This document shows, in pieces, positions 36,706 to 45,648 of a stretch of 64,000 bases of DNA. The notes beneath the pieces are model-generated. The model did no database searches. It saw only the letters and a list, made by a program, of their open reading frames with translations, and was not told where the DNA came from. This stretch comes from Elusimicrobiota bacterium. GTDB taxonomy: Bacteria > Elusimicrobiota > Elusimicrobia > UBA1565 > UBA9628. Location of the stretch: NCBI GenBank assembly GCA_026388095.1, contig JAPLKL010000044.1, positions 3,993-67,992 of the forward strand, written 5' to 3'. Within the stretch, counting starts at the first letter, position 1, and each line of letters begins with the position of its first letter. The translations under genes and the position numbers were made by a program.

Positions 36706-39137
36706 ACGCCTGGAGCCCCGCCCAGGCCAGGATCAGGAGCCACGCCGTGACCCCGCCCCAGAGCAGGCGCTCATACCACGAGGTGTCCACTAGGCTCGAC
36801 ATCGGCAGCTTGAAATAGAACTTGTCGAACCATAGCAAGGTCATGCTGCCGGCCGACAAGGCGCCGAGCACGGTCATGCCTGACGGCAGGGCCACGGCGG
36901 GGAGGTCCACGAGCAGTCCCAGGATGGGGGTGAGGAGGAATCCTATGGGCTTGAGCGCCGCCAGCGCGGCCAGAAGACGAGGATTCCAGACCTTGCCCAT
37001 GCCGGAGTAGGCGGCAGCAACGGAGATGTGCGAGAAATCCAGCCGTCCCCCGGGCAGGACGTAGGCCCACAAGCACAGCCCGACCAAGCCCAGCCCTTCC
37101 CAGAGCGGCACCGGCACCACGGTCAGCAAGGCCCAGCGCCAGCCGGCCAGCGTCGCCAAAGCGAGCAGGCACGCTTCGCTGCCGGAGGATTGCGTGCGGC
37201 AGAAGGCCAGGCCGGCCAGGCTGGCCCAGAAGGCCTTGGCCTGAGGCGGCAGGGGCGAGAGCCAGGCCGCGCCCAGCGAGAGCAGGCAGAGCCCCCACGT
37301 CCAATGACGCAGGGCCTGCGGCCAGGGCAGAAGAGCTAAAACCACGGGAGCGACCGCGACGGCGCATGAGATCATGGCCGGCTTGCGGCCCAGCTCCGCG
37401 ACCAGGCGCCGGTAGAGCACGGCCGCCAGGGCCAGCGCGGCGCCGAGCTCTACGGCGCGCCAAGGAGCGGCGCCGAAACGGCGCAGGTCGAAATGAGGCA
37501 GGCAATAGCGCAGCGTGGACATCTCCGTCCCGCTGGCCCAGGCGCTCATGACGGCGCAGGCCGCCAAAGTCGCCGCGGCCCAAGCCAGGGGCGGCAGTCC
37601 GGGCCGCTCCCACCGGGCCAGCCGCAGCGCGAGCAGAAAGACCAGGACGGCCCACGACCAGAGGGAGACGTCCACCAGGCTCGGGAAGGCGATGGTAGCC
37701 AGCGCCGCCCACCACAGAAACCAGCCCCGCCAGCTCAGGGCCGGGGCATCCAGCCCGGAGGACATGCTCAATAGGAGCAGTCCAGCCGAGGCGGCCAGCC
37801 CCCAAGCCATGGCCGGCGGCCAAAGACCGTCGATCCGCAGGGGGAGGACCAGAAGTCCCAGGCATAAGGCCACCAGGACCCCGGCAGCGATCCGGGTCCT
37901 GGGCCGGGCCATGGGCCAAGCCGCGCTGAAGGAAGCGGCCAGCACCATCAGCCACAGCAGCCAAGTCAAGCGCCCGACCCACTGGCTCGGCGAGTGCGCA
38001 TCGAGCTCATGGTCCACGGCCGCCACGGCGCGCTCCGCGGTTGCGGCGCTGCCGCTATAGGCGCCGGCCTGCCAGCGGGTCCGGGCCTGCTGGAGCGCTG
38101 AATCCGGATCGCTCGTCAGCCAGGGCCAATCGGTGCGCGCCGCGAACCAGCGCCTGCGGCGCTGCTCCAGCAGGTCGAGCATGACCGAGGCCTTGTCGCG
38201 CGCGGAGATCTCAAAAGCTTCGAGGTGCGGCAGCCCTCTGGCTTGGATCGGCGGCGGCAGGCCCATGAACGCGGCCAAAGTGGAAGCCGAATCGTTCTGA
38301 GCGAACGTCCCCAGCCGGCCGGGATGGATGCCGCGCCCCCAGAGGACGTAGGGCACCCGGCGGACGACCATCTCCATGCCGCCATGGCTGCCGTCCGCGG
38401 CTTGTCCGTGATCCGCCGTCACCAGGACGGCGGCCTGCGGGCCGGCGGCCGCGGCCAGCTCCATGATCCGTCCGTCCAGCCAAAGCAGCTTGCGGCGGTA
38501 GTCGGCCGAGCGGGTGCCTTCGCGATGCCCGATGCCGTCGAGGTCGAAGAGGTGGATGGCCAGGAAATCCCAGCCGTCCCCCCGGAGGATGCGCATGGCC
38601 CGGCGCAAGACCTCCGGGTCTTCCGGGCGGCCCGTGTAGGCGACGAGCTCCATGTGGGCGGCGTGGTCCTTGAACAGGGCGGGCCAATCCTGCTGGCCTA
38701 TGGTGAACACCCGGCGGCCGGCCGCGCTGGCCCGGGCCATCACCGAGTCGCGCTCCCAGTGCGCCGGCATCCCGCCCAGGAACACGGGCTCCGGCACTCC
38801 GGTCCGGCCGCTCAAGAGGGCCCGCAGCCCGTTGGGGGTCAAGGTCGGGAAAGACGCCAGGGCGGTCCCCCAGGCCGCTTGCCGCAACTGGGCCTGCAGG
38901 CGCGGCATGAAGCCCGAGGACAGGGCCATGTCGGAGCCCAGCCCGTCGACCATGATGAAGATCAGGCGCGGCGCCACAGGCGCGCGGGCTCCCGCGATGG
39001 GCACCGGTTGGACTTTGGGTGTGAAGCGCTCCGCCCGGGGTATGAGCAGGGGGACCAAAGAGACGGTCCCCAGCAGCGCCGCGGTGAAGATCCCGGCGCA
39101 GGCGACCCGGCCCGTGGAAAACAGGCGCTCGTTCAAG
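36656..39137 (-). CDS. Alkaline-phosphatase-superfamily phosphoethanolamine-transferase-like membrane protein with eukaryote-type (PigN/PigO-like) architecture: N-terminal catalytic domain, C-terminal ~14 TM.
   Basis: Catalytic motifs IFIMVDGLGSDM, FPTLTPNGLRALLSGR (Thr nucleophile context), VTADHGQ. Proposed TTG start at 39135-39137 overlapping the stop of the upstream small ORF (TTGA). The 5' end of annotated ORF 36656-39382 is R/P/G-rich and likely untranslated. 50-bp convergent overlap with the GT2 3' end. Confidence 0.6.
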
Positions 39138-39336
39138 GCTCTTCGGGTGGGGGCGCGGAGACGCGGCGATCCAGCCGGATCAGGTAGACGCAGACCGCGG
39201 CCCAGCCGGCCGCGCGCAGCAGGGCCCAGCCGGCCCCCAACCAATGCAGCGTCACCAGGTCCAGGACCAACCCGACCAGGTTGATCAGCGCGAGGACGCC
39301 GCAGGCGAACAGCATGATCTTGCGCAGGAGTCTCAT
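39133..39336 (-). CDS. Small 2-TM membrane protein.
   Basis: 67 aa. ATGA overlap with the SIS gene stop and TTGA overlap with the downstream transferase start. Confidence 0.45.
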   Translation of the reverse strand: MRLLRKIMLFACGVLALINLVGLVLDLVTLHWLGAGWALLRAAGWAAVCVYLIRLDRRVSAPPPEEP

Positions 39337-40355
39337 ATCGTGCGGGTGACCTTGTGCAGGCCCTTGGGCCGGTCCGGGTCAAGGCCCCGGGACGCGGCCA
39401 GGTCCAGGGCGGCCAGCTTGAGCTCCACGTCGAGCAGCAGGGCGCTCAAGGGCGCCTGGCCGCCCGCGGGCCAGAGCACCTCATGAGGCGTGCCGCGGCC
39501 GCGCAGGGCCTTGCGCACCCGGGCCAGGTCGTCCGGGAGCTTGCGGCCCGAGGGCGAGAGGAGCAGGACCAGGTCCCGCGGTCCGCAGGCGCCCACCGGG
39601 CCGTGCAGGAAGGAGGCGGCGGAATGGGCGGTGGCGTGCAGGCCCGCCAGTTCGCGGAACTTGAGCGCCGCGTCCTTGGCCACGGCGTAGAAGGGGCCGC
39701 GCGCCACGAGGCTCAGGACGGGGGCGCGGCGCAGGCGCTTCCAGGCCGCGGCGAAGCGGCCGGCGGGGGGGAAGTCCCGGGGCCGGGAGAGGTAGCGCGC
39801 CAAGGCCGCCTGGGTCTCGCGGAGCTCAGCCTCGGCGGGCCAGCCGCACCAGAGGCGCGAGGTCCATAAGGCCAGCCAGAGCTGCAAAGAGAAGGTCTTG
39901 GTCGCGGCCACGGAGAGCTCGGGGGAGCTGGAGAGCAGGATGTGGCGCCCGGCCTGCCGGGCCAGAGGGTTGCGGGCCGGGTCCGGCTCGTTGGTCACGG
40001 CCACGCCCTGGGCGCCCCAGCCCATGAGCTTCTTGAGGGCGGCGACCACGTCCGGGCTGCGTCCGGACTGTGAGAAGGCCCAGACCACGCGTCCCCGGAA
40101 ATCGAGGGGCCGGCGGGCCTCGAAGACGGAGTGGGGGTGGACGAAGTCGGCGCGCACCCCGGCGTAAGCCTCCCAGATGTACTTGGCGAAGAGCGTGGCG
40201 TTGTCCGAGGAGCCGCGGCCCACGAGGTGGACCGAGCGGTCCGCGGCCTTGAGCAGGCAGCCGCGCAGCCGCTGCGGGGCCTTCTCCGAAAAGGCCGCCA
40301 AGAGCGCCGGTATCTCGTGGATGTCTCGCCAGGTGCTGGTGTCGCTGGCCTTCAT
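39333..40355 (-). CDS. SIS-domain sugar-phosphate isomerase/aminotransferase-like protein (AgaS/GlmS-isomerase-domain-like, two SIS domains).
   Basis: VHLVGRGSSDNA (SIS motif). Second SIS region VLSLVARGPFYAVAKDAALKFRE. Confidence 0.65.
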   Translation of the reverse strand: MKASDTSTWRDIHEIPALLAAFSEKAPQRLRGCLLKAADRSVHLVGRGSSDNATLFAKYIWEAYAGVRADFVHPHSVFEARRPLDFRGRVVWAFSQSGRSPDVVAALKKLMGWGAQGVAVTNEPDPARNPLARQAGRHILLSSSPELSVAATKTFSLQLWLALWTSRLWCGWPAEAELRETQAALARYLSRPRDFPPAGRFAAAWKRLRRAPVLSLVARGPFYAVAKDAALKFRELAGLHATAHSAASFLHGPVGACGPRDLVLLLSPSGRKLPDDLARVRKALRGRGTPHEVLWPAGGQAPLSALLLDVELKLAALDLAASRGLDPDRPKGLHKVTRTI

Positions 40356-40566
40356 GGGGTCACATTATAGCCCTTTCTCCTGCGGGGGACCAACGTCCTA
40401 GGAAGCCGTGGGACTATAGCCTCTGGCGCAAGCTTCGTTCCTGAGCTATACTGGTCGGGTCGCTCCATTATGCCGTTCTGGAGATGAAACCATAAAGAAA
40501 TCATCCTTCATCATCCTCGCCGTCGCCGCGCTAGCCGCCTCGGCCTCGGGCCAGACGAGTTCGTCT

Positions 40567-43095
40567 ATGCCCAAGGACCCGGCTTTCGCCAGGACCCTGG
40601 TCGCCGAGATCCAGCGCTTCGACCCGGCTCAGCCGGGCGACGACAAGTCTCCGGCCGTCTATTGGGTGAAGCAGGCCGTCCAGAGCCCCGAGCCGCGCCA
40701 GCAGGTCTGCGAGCTCCTGGATACGCTGGGCCCGGACGGGGCGGCCGCGAAGTCCAAGCTCATATCTTTGGCCGCGGCCCCGCTGGCGCTCCCGCCCGAT
40801 GCCAAGGCGGCCCAGGTCCCCGGGAACCTCGCCTCCGCGGCCGCGGACTCTGTTCGGAAGGTTTCATGGGACGCGGCCGGCTCGCGACTGGCTTTCGACG
40901 GGGACAAGGCCCGCTCCGAGGGCGGGGCGATCCCCGTGCCCGGGGTCCCGGGCGGGACGCACCCCCCCGAGCTCTCCCCCTACCAGAACCTGCCCGATCT
41001 GCTCACCAAGCCCACGCCTCCGGGGACCATCAAGGTCGTGGCCGTGTCCGTGGACAAGCTCCAGGACCTGGCGCGCAAGCAGGTCTATTCGGAGCGCCAG
41101 GCGGGGCTCGACAAGGCCCTCGGCATCACCCAGGGCGTGGGCGTAGACGGCGGAGGGTTCTTCAAGGTGAAGATCCTCAACCCCGACGAGGTGAGGGCCG
41201 ACCCGGTCAAGCAGGCGGTGCGCGACGAAGCGGCCAAGAAGGGCGAGAAGATCGTGTTCGTGCGCACCGACACCAAGGTGCAGATGGGAGCCAGCGCTTC
41301 CATCCCGATCGAGAACCCGACCGGCGTGCCGGGGGTGTCCTTGGGCGTGGGCCTGCGGATCAACGGCATCATCGAGATCGTGGAGACCCGGGCCATCCCG
41401 GAGGACAAGGCCGGCGCTTGGCTGCACGCGGAGCAGCGGGTCTTCCTCTGGCCGCTGACGGCCAAGCACCTCAAGGAGGTCATGCGCCCTGGCGAGGACC
41501 TGACCATCACGGGCCGCCTGGACGAGGGCGCGGCCCAATCTTTGGGCTTCGGCTCGAGCCTGGGCCTGCCCAAGTACGCGCACGTGGGCGTCAACGCGGG
41601 CGCCAGCGTGGGCAAGGCCGCGGACCAGTGGGTCTCTCTGCACCTCAAGAAGATCGACGACGACCATGTGCGCATCCTGCTGCAGAAGGCCGACGGCGAG
41701 ACCTTCAGCACCAACGTGGCCGCCTCGGCCGGCCTGCAGATCTACAACGACCTGCTGATCCCGCAGGTGACGCCGACCTCCTTGGAGCAGGGGCTGGTGG
41801 GGAAAGCCGTGCTCAGCGGAGAGAAGGGGATCATGCACCAGATCGAGCAGCTGGCCTCCGCCTCGCTCTCCGGCTCCTGGAGCCAGGGCAAGGACGACCT
41901 GGAGGCCGAGGGCTGGGCCTCGGTGCCGCTCTCCGATCCGAAGGTCGGCGCGGCGCTCGATTCCTTCTTCAAATTCCGCCCTGAGGCCCTGCGGGGCCTG
42001 CCCGCGGAGGGGACCTTCGCCCAGGAACTCAACGCCGGCCGCTTCAAGGCGGATGTGCGCGACATCACGACCAACGCGGCTTTCCAGGCGCACATCTCCA
42101 AGCTCAAGATCGCGCTGGCCGACGGCACCGCCTTCTACGAGGTGCGCTGGCGGCAGGACGGCGCGCTCAAGCACTACGTGGTGGGCCTGACGAACTTCAA
42201 CTACCACGGCGACGTCACCAAGACCAACCGCTCCGAGCAGATGGCGCTGTGGTACGACCTCGACACCAAGAAGACCGCGGTCACGGTTGCCCTGGGTCCG
42301 CAGAACCGGCTCATGACCACGACGCGCGAGAAGGTCAACGACGTCATCGCCACGCAGAAGGCCATGGGCGTGCCGGTCAGCGGCAAGTACGACGAGCCCA
42401 AGCCGTACCTCCAACTCTTTGGACTGGGCAACATCGGGCGCAGCGAGGAGACGGGGAGCTTCTATCTGTCGGACGAGGGCGTGCAGGCTCTGCGCGGCGC
42501 CAGCCGGGAGCAGCTCGTCGCCGCCTACCTGCACGCGGACTGGATCTACGAGAAGGAGAGCTGGGAGCCGGGCCGGAACTTCTGGGCCATGTCCTCCAAG
42601 CCTCCGGCCTGGGCCGAGACCATCGACCCCGAGGCGCTCAAGCCCGTTCTGGATTTCCTGCACGACCACGCCTCCGAGGCCCGCCGCCTGCAGGGCGCCG
42701 ACAAGAGCAACCGCGGCCAGTTGGCCGCGCTGGAGGCCCGCTACCGGAGCGTGGCTCCGGGCCGCTATCTGATGGGCGACGCCTGGGCCTACACCGACGC
42801 GAGCGACTACGCCAACCTGGTCGGCGACATGCAGCGCTCCGACAACCCGGAGCAGCTGGTGGAGCTGTTCATGAAGTTCCGCCACGACGACGGCCTGGAG
42901 CTCAAGCGGGCGGTGGTGGCTACGGCCACGCTGGCCGGGGAGCGCGTCGGGCCGGACGGCAAGCCGGTTCCCAACTGGCAGGGCTGGATCCAGATGACGG
43001 GCAAGAACGTGCAGCTCGTGCCCGCGGGCGGCCCGCCGCCGCTGCCGCTGCATCCGGTCGGCGAGCTCCAGACCTTGCTCGGCCGCTGGCAGTAG
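40567..43095 (+). CDS. Large secreted hypothetical protein (842 aa from annotated ATG). A cryptic signal peptide sits in-frame upstream; see finding.
   Basis: No recognisable domain. In-frame upstream translation reads KKSSFIILAVAALAASASGQTSSS, which is signal-peptide-like. Confidence 0.55.
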   Translation: MPKDPAFARTLVAEIQRFDPAQPGDDKSPAVYWVKQAVQSPEPRQQVCELLDTLGPDGAAAKSKLISLAAAPLALPPDAKAAQVPGNLASAAADSVRKVSWDAAGSRLAFDGDKARSEGGAIPVPGVPGGTHPPELSPYQNLPDLLTKPTPPGTIKVVAVSVDKLQDLARKQVYSERQAGLDKALGITQGVGVDGGGFFKVKILNPDEVRADPVKQAVRDEAAKKGEKIVFVRTDTKVQMGASASIPIENPTGVPGVSLGVGLRINGIIEIVETRAIPEDKAGAWLHAEQRVFLWPLTAKHLKEVMRPGEDLTITGRLDEGAAQSLGFGSSLGLPKYAHVGVNAGASVGKAADQWVSLHLKKIDDDHVRILLQKADGETFSTNVAASAGLQIYNDLLIPQVTPTSLEQGLVGKAVLSGEKGIMHQIEQLASASLSGSWSQGKDDLEAEGWASVPLSDPKVGAALDSFFKFRPEALRGLPAEGTFAQELNAGRFKADVRDITTNAAFQAHISKLKIALADGTAFYEVRWRQDGALKHYVVGLTNFNYHGDVTKTNRSEQMALWYDLDTKKTAVTVALGPQNRLMTTTREKVNDVIATQKAMGVPVSGKYDEPKPYLQLFGLGNIGRSEETGSFYLSDEGVQALRGASREQLVAAYLHADWIYEKESWEPGRNFWAMSSKPPAWAETIDPEALKPVLDFLHDHASEARRLQGADKSNRGQLAALEARYRSVAPGRYLMGDAWAYTDASDYANLVGDMQRSDNPEQLVELFMKFRHDDGLELKRAVVATATLAGERVGPDGKPVPNWQGWIQMTGKNVQLVPAGGPPPLPLHPVGELQTLLGRWQ

Positions 43096-43190
43096 GCCCG
43101 ACGGCCCAGCTGCCTCTGGGCCATCTGCGCGGGGCGCCTTTCCCCTATGGCCCAGCCTAGCCGGGCGGGCCGGGTCTATAATCTGAGTGT

Positions 43191-44492
43191 ATGAAGGCCC
43201 TGGCACTCGCCTTGCTCGCGCTGGCCGCCGCGCCGGTCCACGGCGTGGAGGTGGCGCGCGTGCAGGTGGCCGCGCCGGTCAACTCCTTCATCACGGGCGC
43301 CTCGGCCGTGGGCGCGCGCTCCCAGATCGGCCCGCTGGCCAACCCGTCCCTGTCGGGCGCGGGCGCGCTGTCTTTGACCTCGAAGCTGGCCGTCCCGACC
43401 TTGGTCCCGACGGTGATCCCCGTGGCGCCGGGAGTCCAGTCCTACTCCGCTCCCAGCGCGGCCCCCCAGACGGTCTCCGCAATCCCGCTCTCCGCTCCCG
43501 CGGCGCTGGCTCCGACGGGCGGCGCCTCGCTGCTGCAGCAGTCCGCGGAGCAGAAGAGCGCGCCGGCGGCCGCGGTGAACACTTTGCACGGCTTCGTGGC
43601 GCAGATGGAGTCCAGCCGGGTCTCGGGCCGGAACATCTCCAACGAGCTCTCCAACCGTTTCTTCGACCAGTCCGGCACGCGGGGCCCGCCGCTCGCGGTT
43701 CCGGCCGAGGCCTCGGTCTCCGACGTCGCGGCGCCCAAGCTGCCTCAGGGCGTAACCAAGGTGGCGGTGGACACGGTGCGCAGCGCCGCGGACGTGCAGC
43801 GCCTCATCCCGGACAGCGGGAACTCAAAGAGCCTCAAGGCCAAGCTCAAGCGCATGGTCTCGCAGATGGCGCCTTACCAGATCTATACCTATTACGACCG
43901 GAAGGGCGGGCGCTTCGCGGGCATCGATCTTTCCGCCAGACCCGGCTTGATCGACCAGATCCCGGAGCTGCAGCAGCACGAGGTGAAGCTCATCAAGAAG
44001 CTGATGCTGGTCAACAGCGACATCCGGGTCCTGGTGCGCGAGGACGGAAAGACCCCGGACCTGGTGATAGGCGACAAGCTGGTGGAGATCAAGAGTTCCC
44101 TCGGGGAGGCTATGGCTTTGGAGTCGCTCATCGCGAAGGCCAACATGCAGATCTTGGAGCACGGCCAGCGCCACGGCTTGGGGCGCGGCGCTATGGCTTT
44201 GGATTTGACGCGCCAGTCGCGGGTCCCGGTGGCCGAGGTCCAGGGCATCCTGGACTCCTGGCAGGCGGGGTCTAAGGACCAGATTGTTTTGGAGCAGGTG
44301 ATCGTGTTCGGCCAGACGGACATGCAGGTCTTCATGCGCCAGGCGGACGGAACCTACCGGATCCAGGCGCCGGCCGCCGCGGTCCGGCACATCGTCAACG
44401 AGCGGCCGCTGGCCCCGTCCGAAAGGGGCCGGGCTCAGGCGCTGCTGCGCAACGGCATCGAGAAGTCGCCGGTGCTGGCCCTGAGCCTGTAG
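43191..44492 (+). CDS. Secreted hypothetical protein with Ala/Pro-rich linker and C-terminal domain carrying a PD-(D/E)xK-like motif.
   Basis: Signal peptide MKALALALLALAAAPVHG. TATAAT at 43173-43178. Motif TPDLVIGDKLVEIKS. Immediately upstream of tRNA-Gln. Confidence 0.6.
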   Translation: MKALALALLALAAAPVHGVEVARVQVAAPVNSFITGASAVGARSQIGPLANPSLSGAGALSLTSKLAVPTLVPTVIPVAPGVQSYSAPSAAPQTVSAIPLSAPAALAPTGGASLLQQSAEQKSAPAAAVNTLHGFVAQMESSRVSGRNISNELSNRFFDQSGTRGPPLAVPAEASVSDVAAPKLPQGVTKVAVDTVRSAADVQRLIPDSGNSKSLKAKLKRMVSQMAPYQIYTYYDRKGGRFAGIDLSARPGLIDQIPELQQHEVKLIKKLMLVNSDIRVLVREDGKTPDLVIGDKLVEIKSSLGEAMALESLIAKANMQILEHGQRHGLGRGAMALDLTRQSRVPVAEVQGILDSWQAGSKDQIVLEQVIVFGQTDMQVFMRQADGTYRIQAPAAAVRHIVNERPLAPSERGRAQALLRNGIEKSPVLALSL

Positions 44493-44546
44493 GCTGCCAC
44501 CCCGGCCCGGCAAATTTTGGTAGAATATGTCCGTTCACCGATTTAT

Positions 44547-44617
44547 TGCCGGATGGTGAAATGGTATCACGGGTGGCTCTGAACCACTTATTCTAGGTTC
44601 GAATCCTAGTCCGGCAG
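44547..44617 (+). tRNA. tRNA-Gln (anticodon CUG).
   Basis: Cloverleaf by hand. Acceptor TGCCGGA/TCCGGCA with U1-A72; D-stem GTGA/TCAC; anticodon stem GGTGG/CCACT with loop CTCTGAA (CUG); variable TATT; T-arm CTAGG-TTCGAAT-CCTAG; discriminator G. No encoded CCA. Confidence 0.8.
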
Positions 44618-44637
44618 AACTTTAGCGGCAAAAAAAA

Positions 44638-44662
44638 TGAAGCCCTCCGAAAAGGAGGGCTT
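44638..44662. terminator. Intrinsic-terminator-like hairpin GAAGCCCTCC-GAAAA-GGAGGGCTTC (member of repeated hairpin family).
   Basis: 10-bp perfect stem downstream of the tRNA and convergent with the CDF gene stop at 44676. Confidence 0.55.
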
Positions 44663-44675
44663 CCGTGTTTCTGGC

Positions 44676-45335
44676 TTACTCGCAGTGGGAGCAGCCGCAC
44701 CCGCCGCTGAAATTCTCGTGGCGGGATGCCTGGACCGCTTCGACGCCCTCCTTGCCGATCAGGATGGCTAGGACGAGTCCCGCAACAGAGTCAGCCCACC
44801 AAAGAGACGGCAGCAGGAAGAATACCAGGCTTCCTCCCAGGAGCACGGTCGAGAGCTTGATGCAGACCAGCGAGCAGTCGGCGTCCTTCATCATGGTCGC
44901 GCTGTCGAGACCTGCGGCGACGTTCTTCTTGGAACGCCAAAGATAGAACATAAAAGTCAGACTGATGACCGATACCAGGATTCCGGGTATAACCGTCTCC
45001 GGCTGCGCTCGCTGGGCGAGCTTGACCAAACACCCAGCCGTCGTCAGGATGCCCAAGGCGACAAAGAGGAGTCCTATCACGAACACGGCGCGTCGCTCGG
45101 CGTCGAGGGAGATTGCCTCCCGCTTGCCCATCTCGCTTTGGAATCGCCAAAGCACTACTACGGCGGACGCCACTTCGATGAAGCTGTCTAATCCAAAGCC
45201 AGCCAACGCGAGCGATTCCTTCTCCAGGCCGAAGTAGACCGAGACCAAGCCCTCCAGAACGTTGTATCCAATCGTGAACCAGGAAAGCTGGATGGCTCGC
45301 TTTAGGTAGACGGTTTTAGCCGCGTCCATATTCAC
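44676..45335 (-). CDS. Cation-diffusion-facilitator (CDF)-like transmembrane protein with Cys-rich C-terminus; lacks the cytoplasmic C-terminal domain.
   Basis: 219 aa, ~6 TM. FGLDSFIEVASAVVVLWRF is CDF TM2-like with Asp; ends GGCGCSHCE. Lower-GC gene. Confidence 0.55.
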   Translation of the reverse strand: MNMDAAKTVYLKRAIQLSWFTIGYNVLEGLVSVYFGLEKESLALAGFGLDSFIEVASAVVVLWRFQSEMGKREAISLDAERRAVFVIGLLFVALGILTTAGCLVKLAQRAQPETVIPGILVSVISLTFMFYLWRSKKNVAAGLDSATMMKDADCSLVCIKLSTVLLGGSLVFFLLPSLWWADSVAGLVLAILIGKEGVEAVQASRHENFSGGCGCSHCE

Positions 45336-45408
45336 AGTATATCAGTTGACTGTCGATGCATGGTGCAGATGACGTTCCCCCCGAAAACCAGGCCAAGTGG
45401 ATCAATAA

Positions 45409-45520
45409 GCGCAATTAAACGCGCCTTCGGCCAAGAAAGTTCTAAACTCGTCCAAGTAGGGCAGAACTTTCTCGACGACCGACGACCCGTAGGGCAACCT
45501 GCGGGTCGCTTCATTTTGAG
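45409..45520 (+). ncRNA. Copy 1 of a conserved ~75-nt structured element followed by a terminator hairpin (candidate sRNA or shared cis-regulatory element).
   Basis: GCAATTAAACGCGCCTTCGGCCAAGAAAGTTCTAAACTCGTCCAAGTAGGGCAGAACTTTCTCGACGACCGACG, then GACCCG-loop-CGGGTC and CATTTTG. Aligns with the copies at 47829 and 49293. Confidence 0.45.
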
Positions 45521-45648
45521 CCTTGCGAGGCGGGCGGACACCGCTGCGGGCACCGGTTACTGCGGGATGAAGAGATGGAACTCGTCATCCGGGCGGCGGC
45601 GGGGTTCGGGAAGTCGCGCCGGCGGTGTCTGTTTGACTAAGCGAAGGC

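Noticed and set aside
39138-39382. 5' extension of ORF 36656-39382 (MTRTGPRACTRSPARYETPAQDH...).
   Set aside because: Low-complexity, and it overlaps the 2-TM micro-ORF in another frame. The TTG at 39135-39137 in a TTGA overlap gives a sensible N-terminal TM anchor.
40484-40500. Programmed -1 ribosomal frameshift at ATGAAACCATAAAG.
   Set aside because: No canonical X XXY YYZ slippery heptamer and no downstream pseudoknot. A 1-nt indel or annotation issue is more parsimonious; kept as a finding only for verification.
45409-45520. Repeated elements as tRNA-like pseudogenes.
   Set aside because: Despite a T-arm-like stretch and the GGCAGAACTTT match to the tRNA-Gln 3' flank, no cloverleaf can be drawn. 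The conserved stems enclose rather than form that region.
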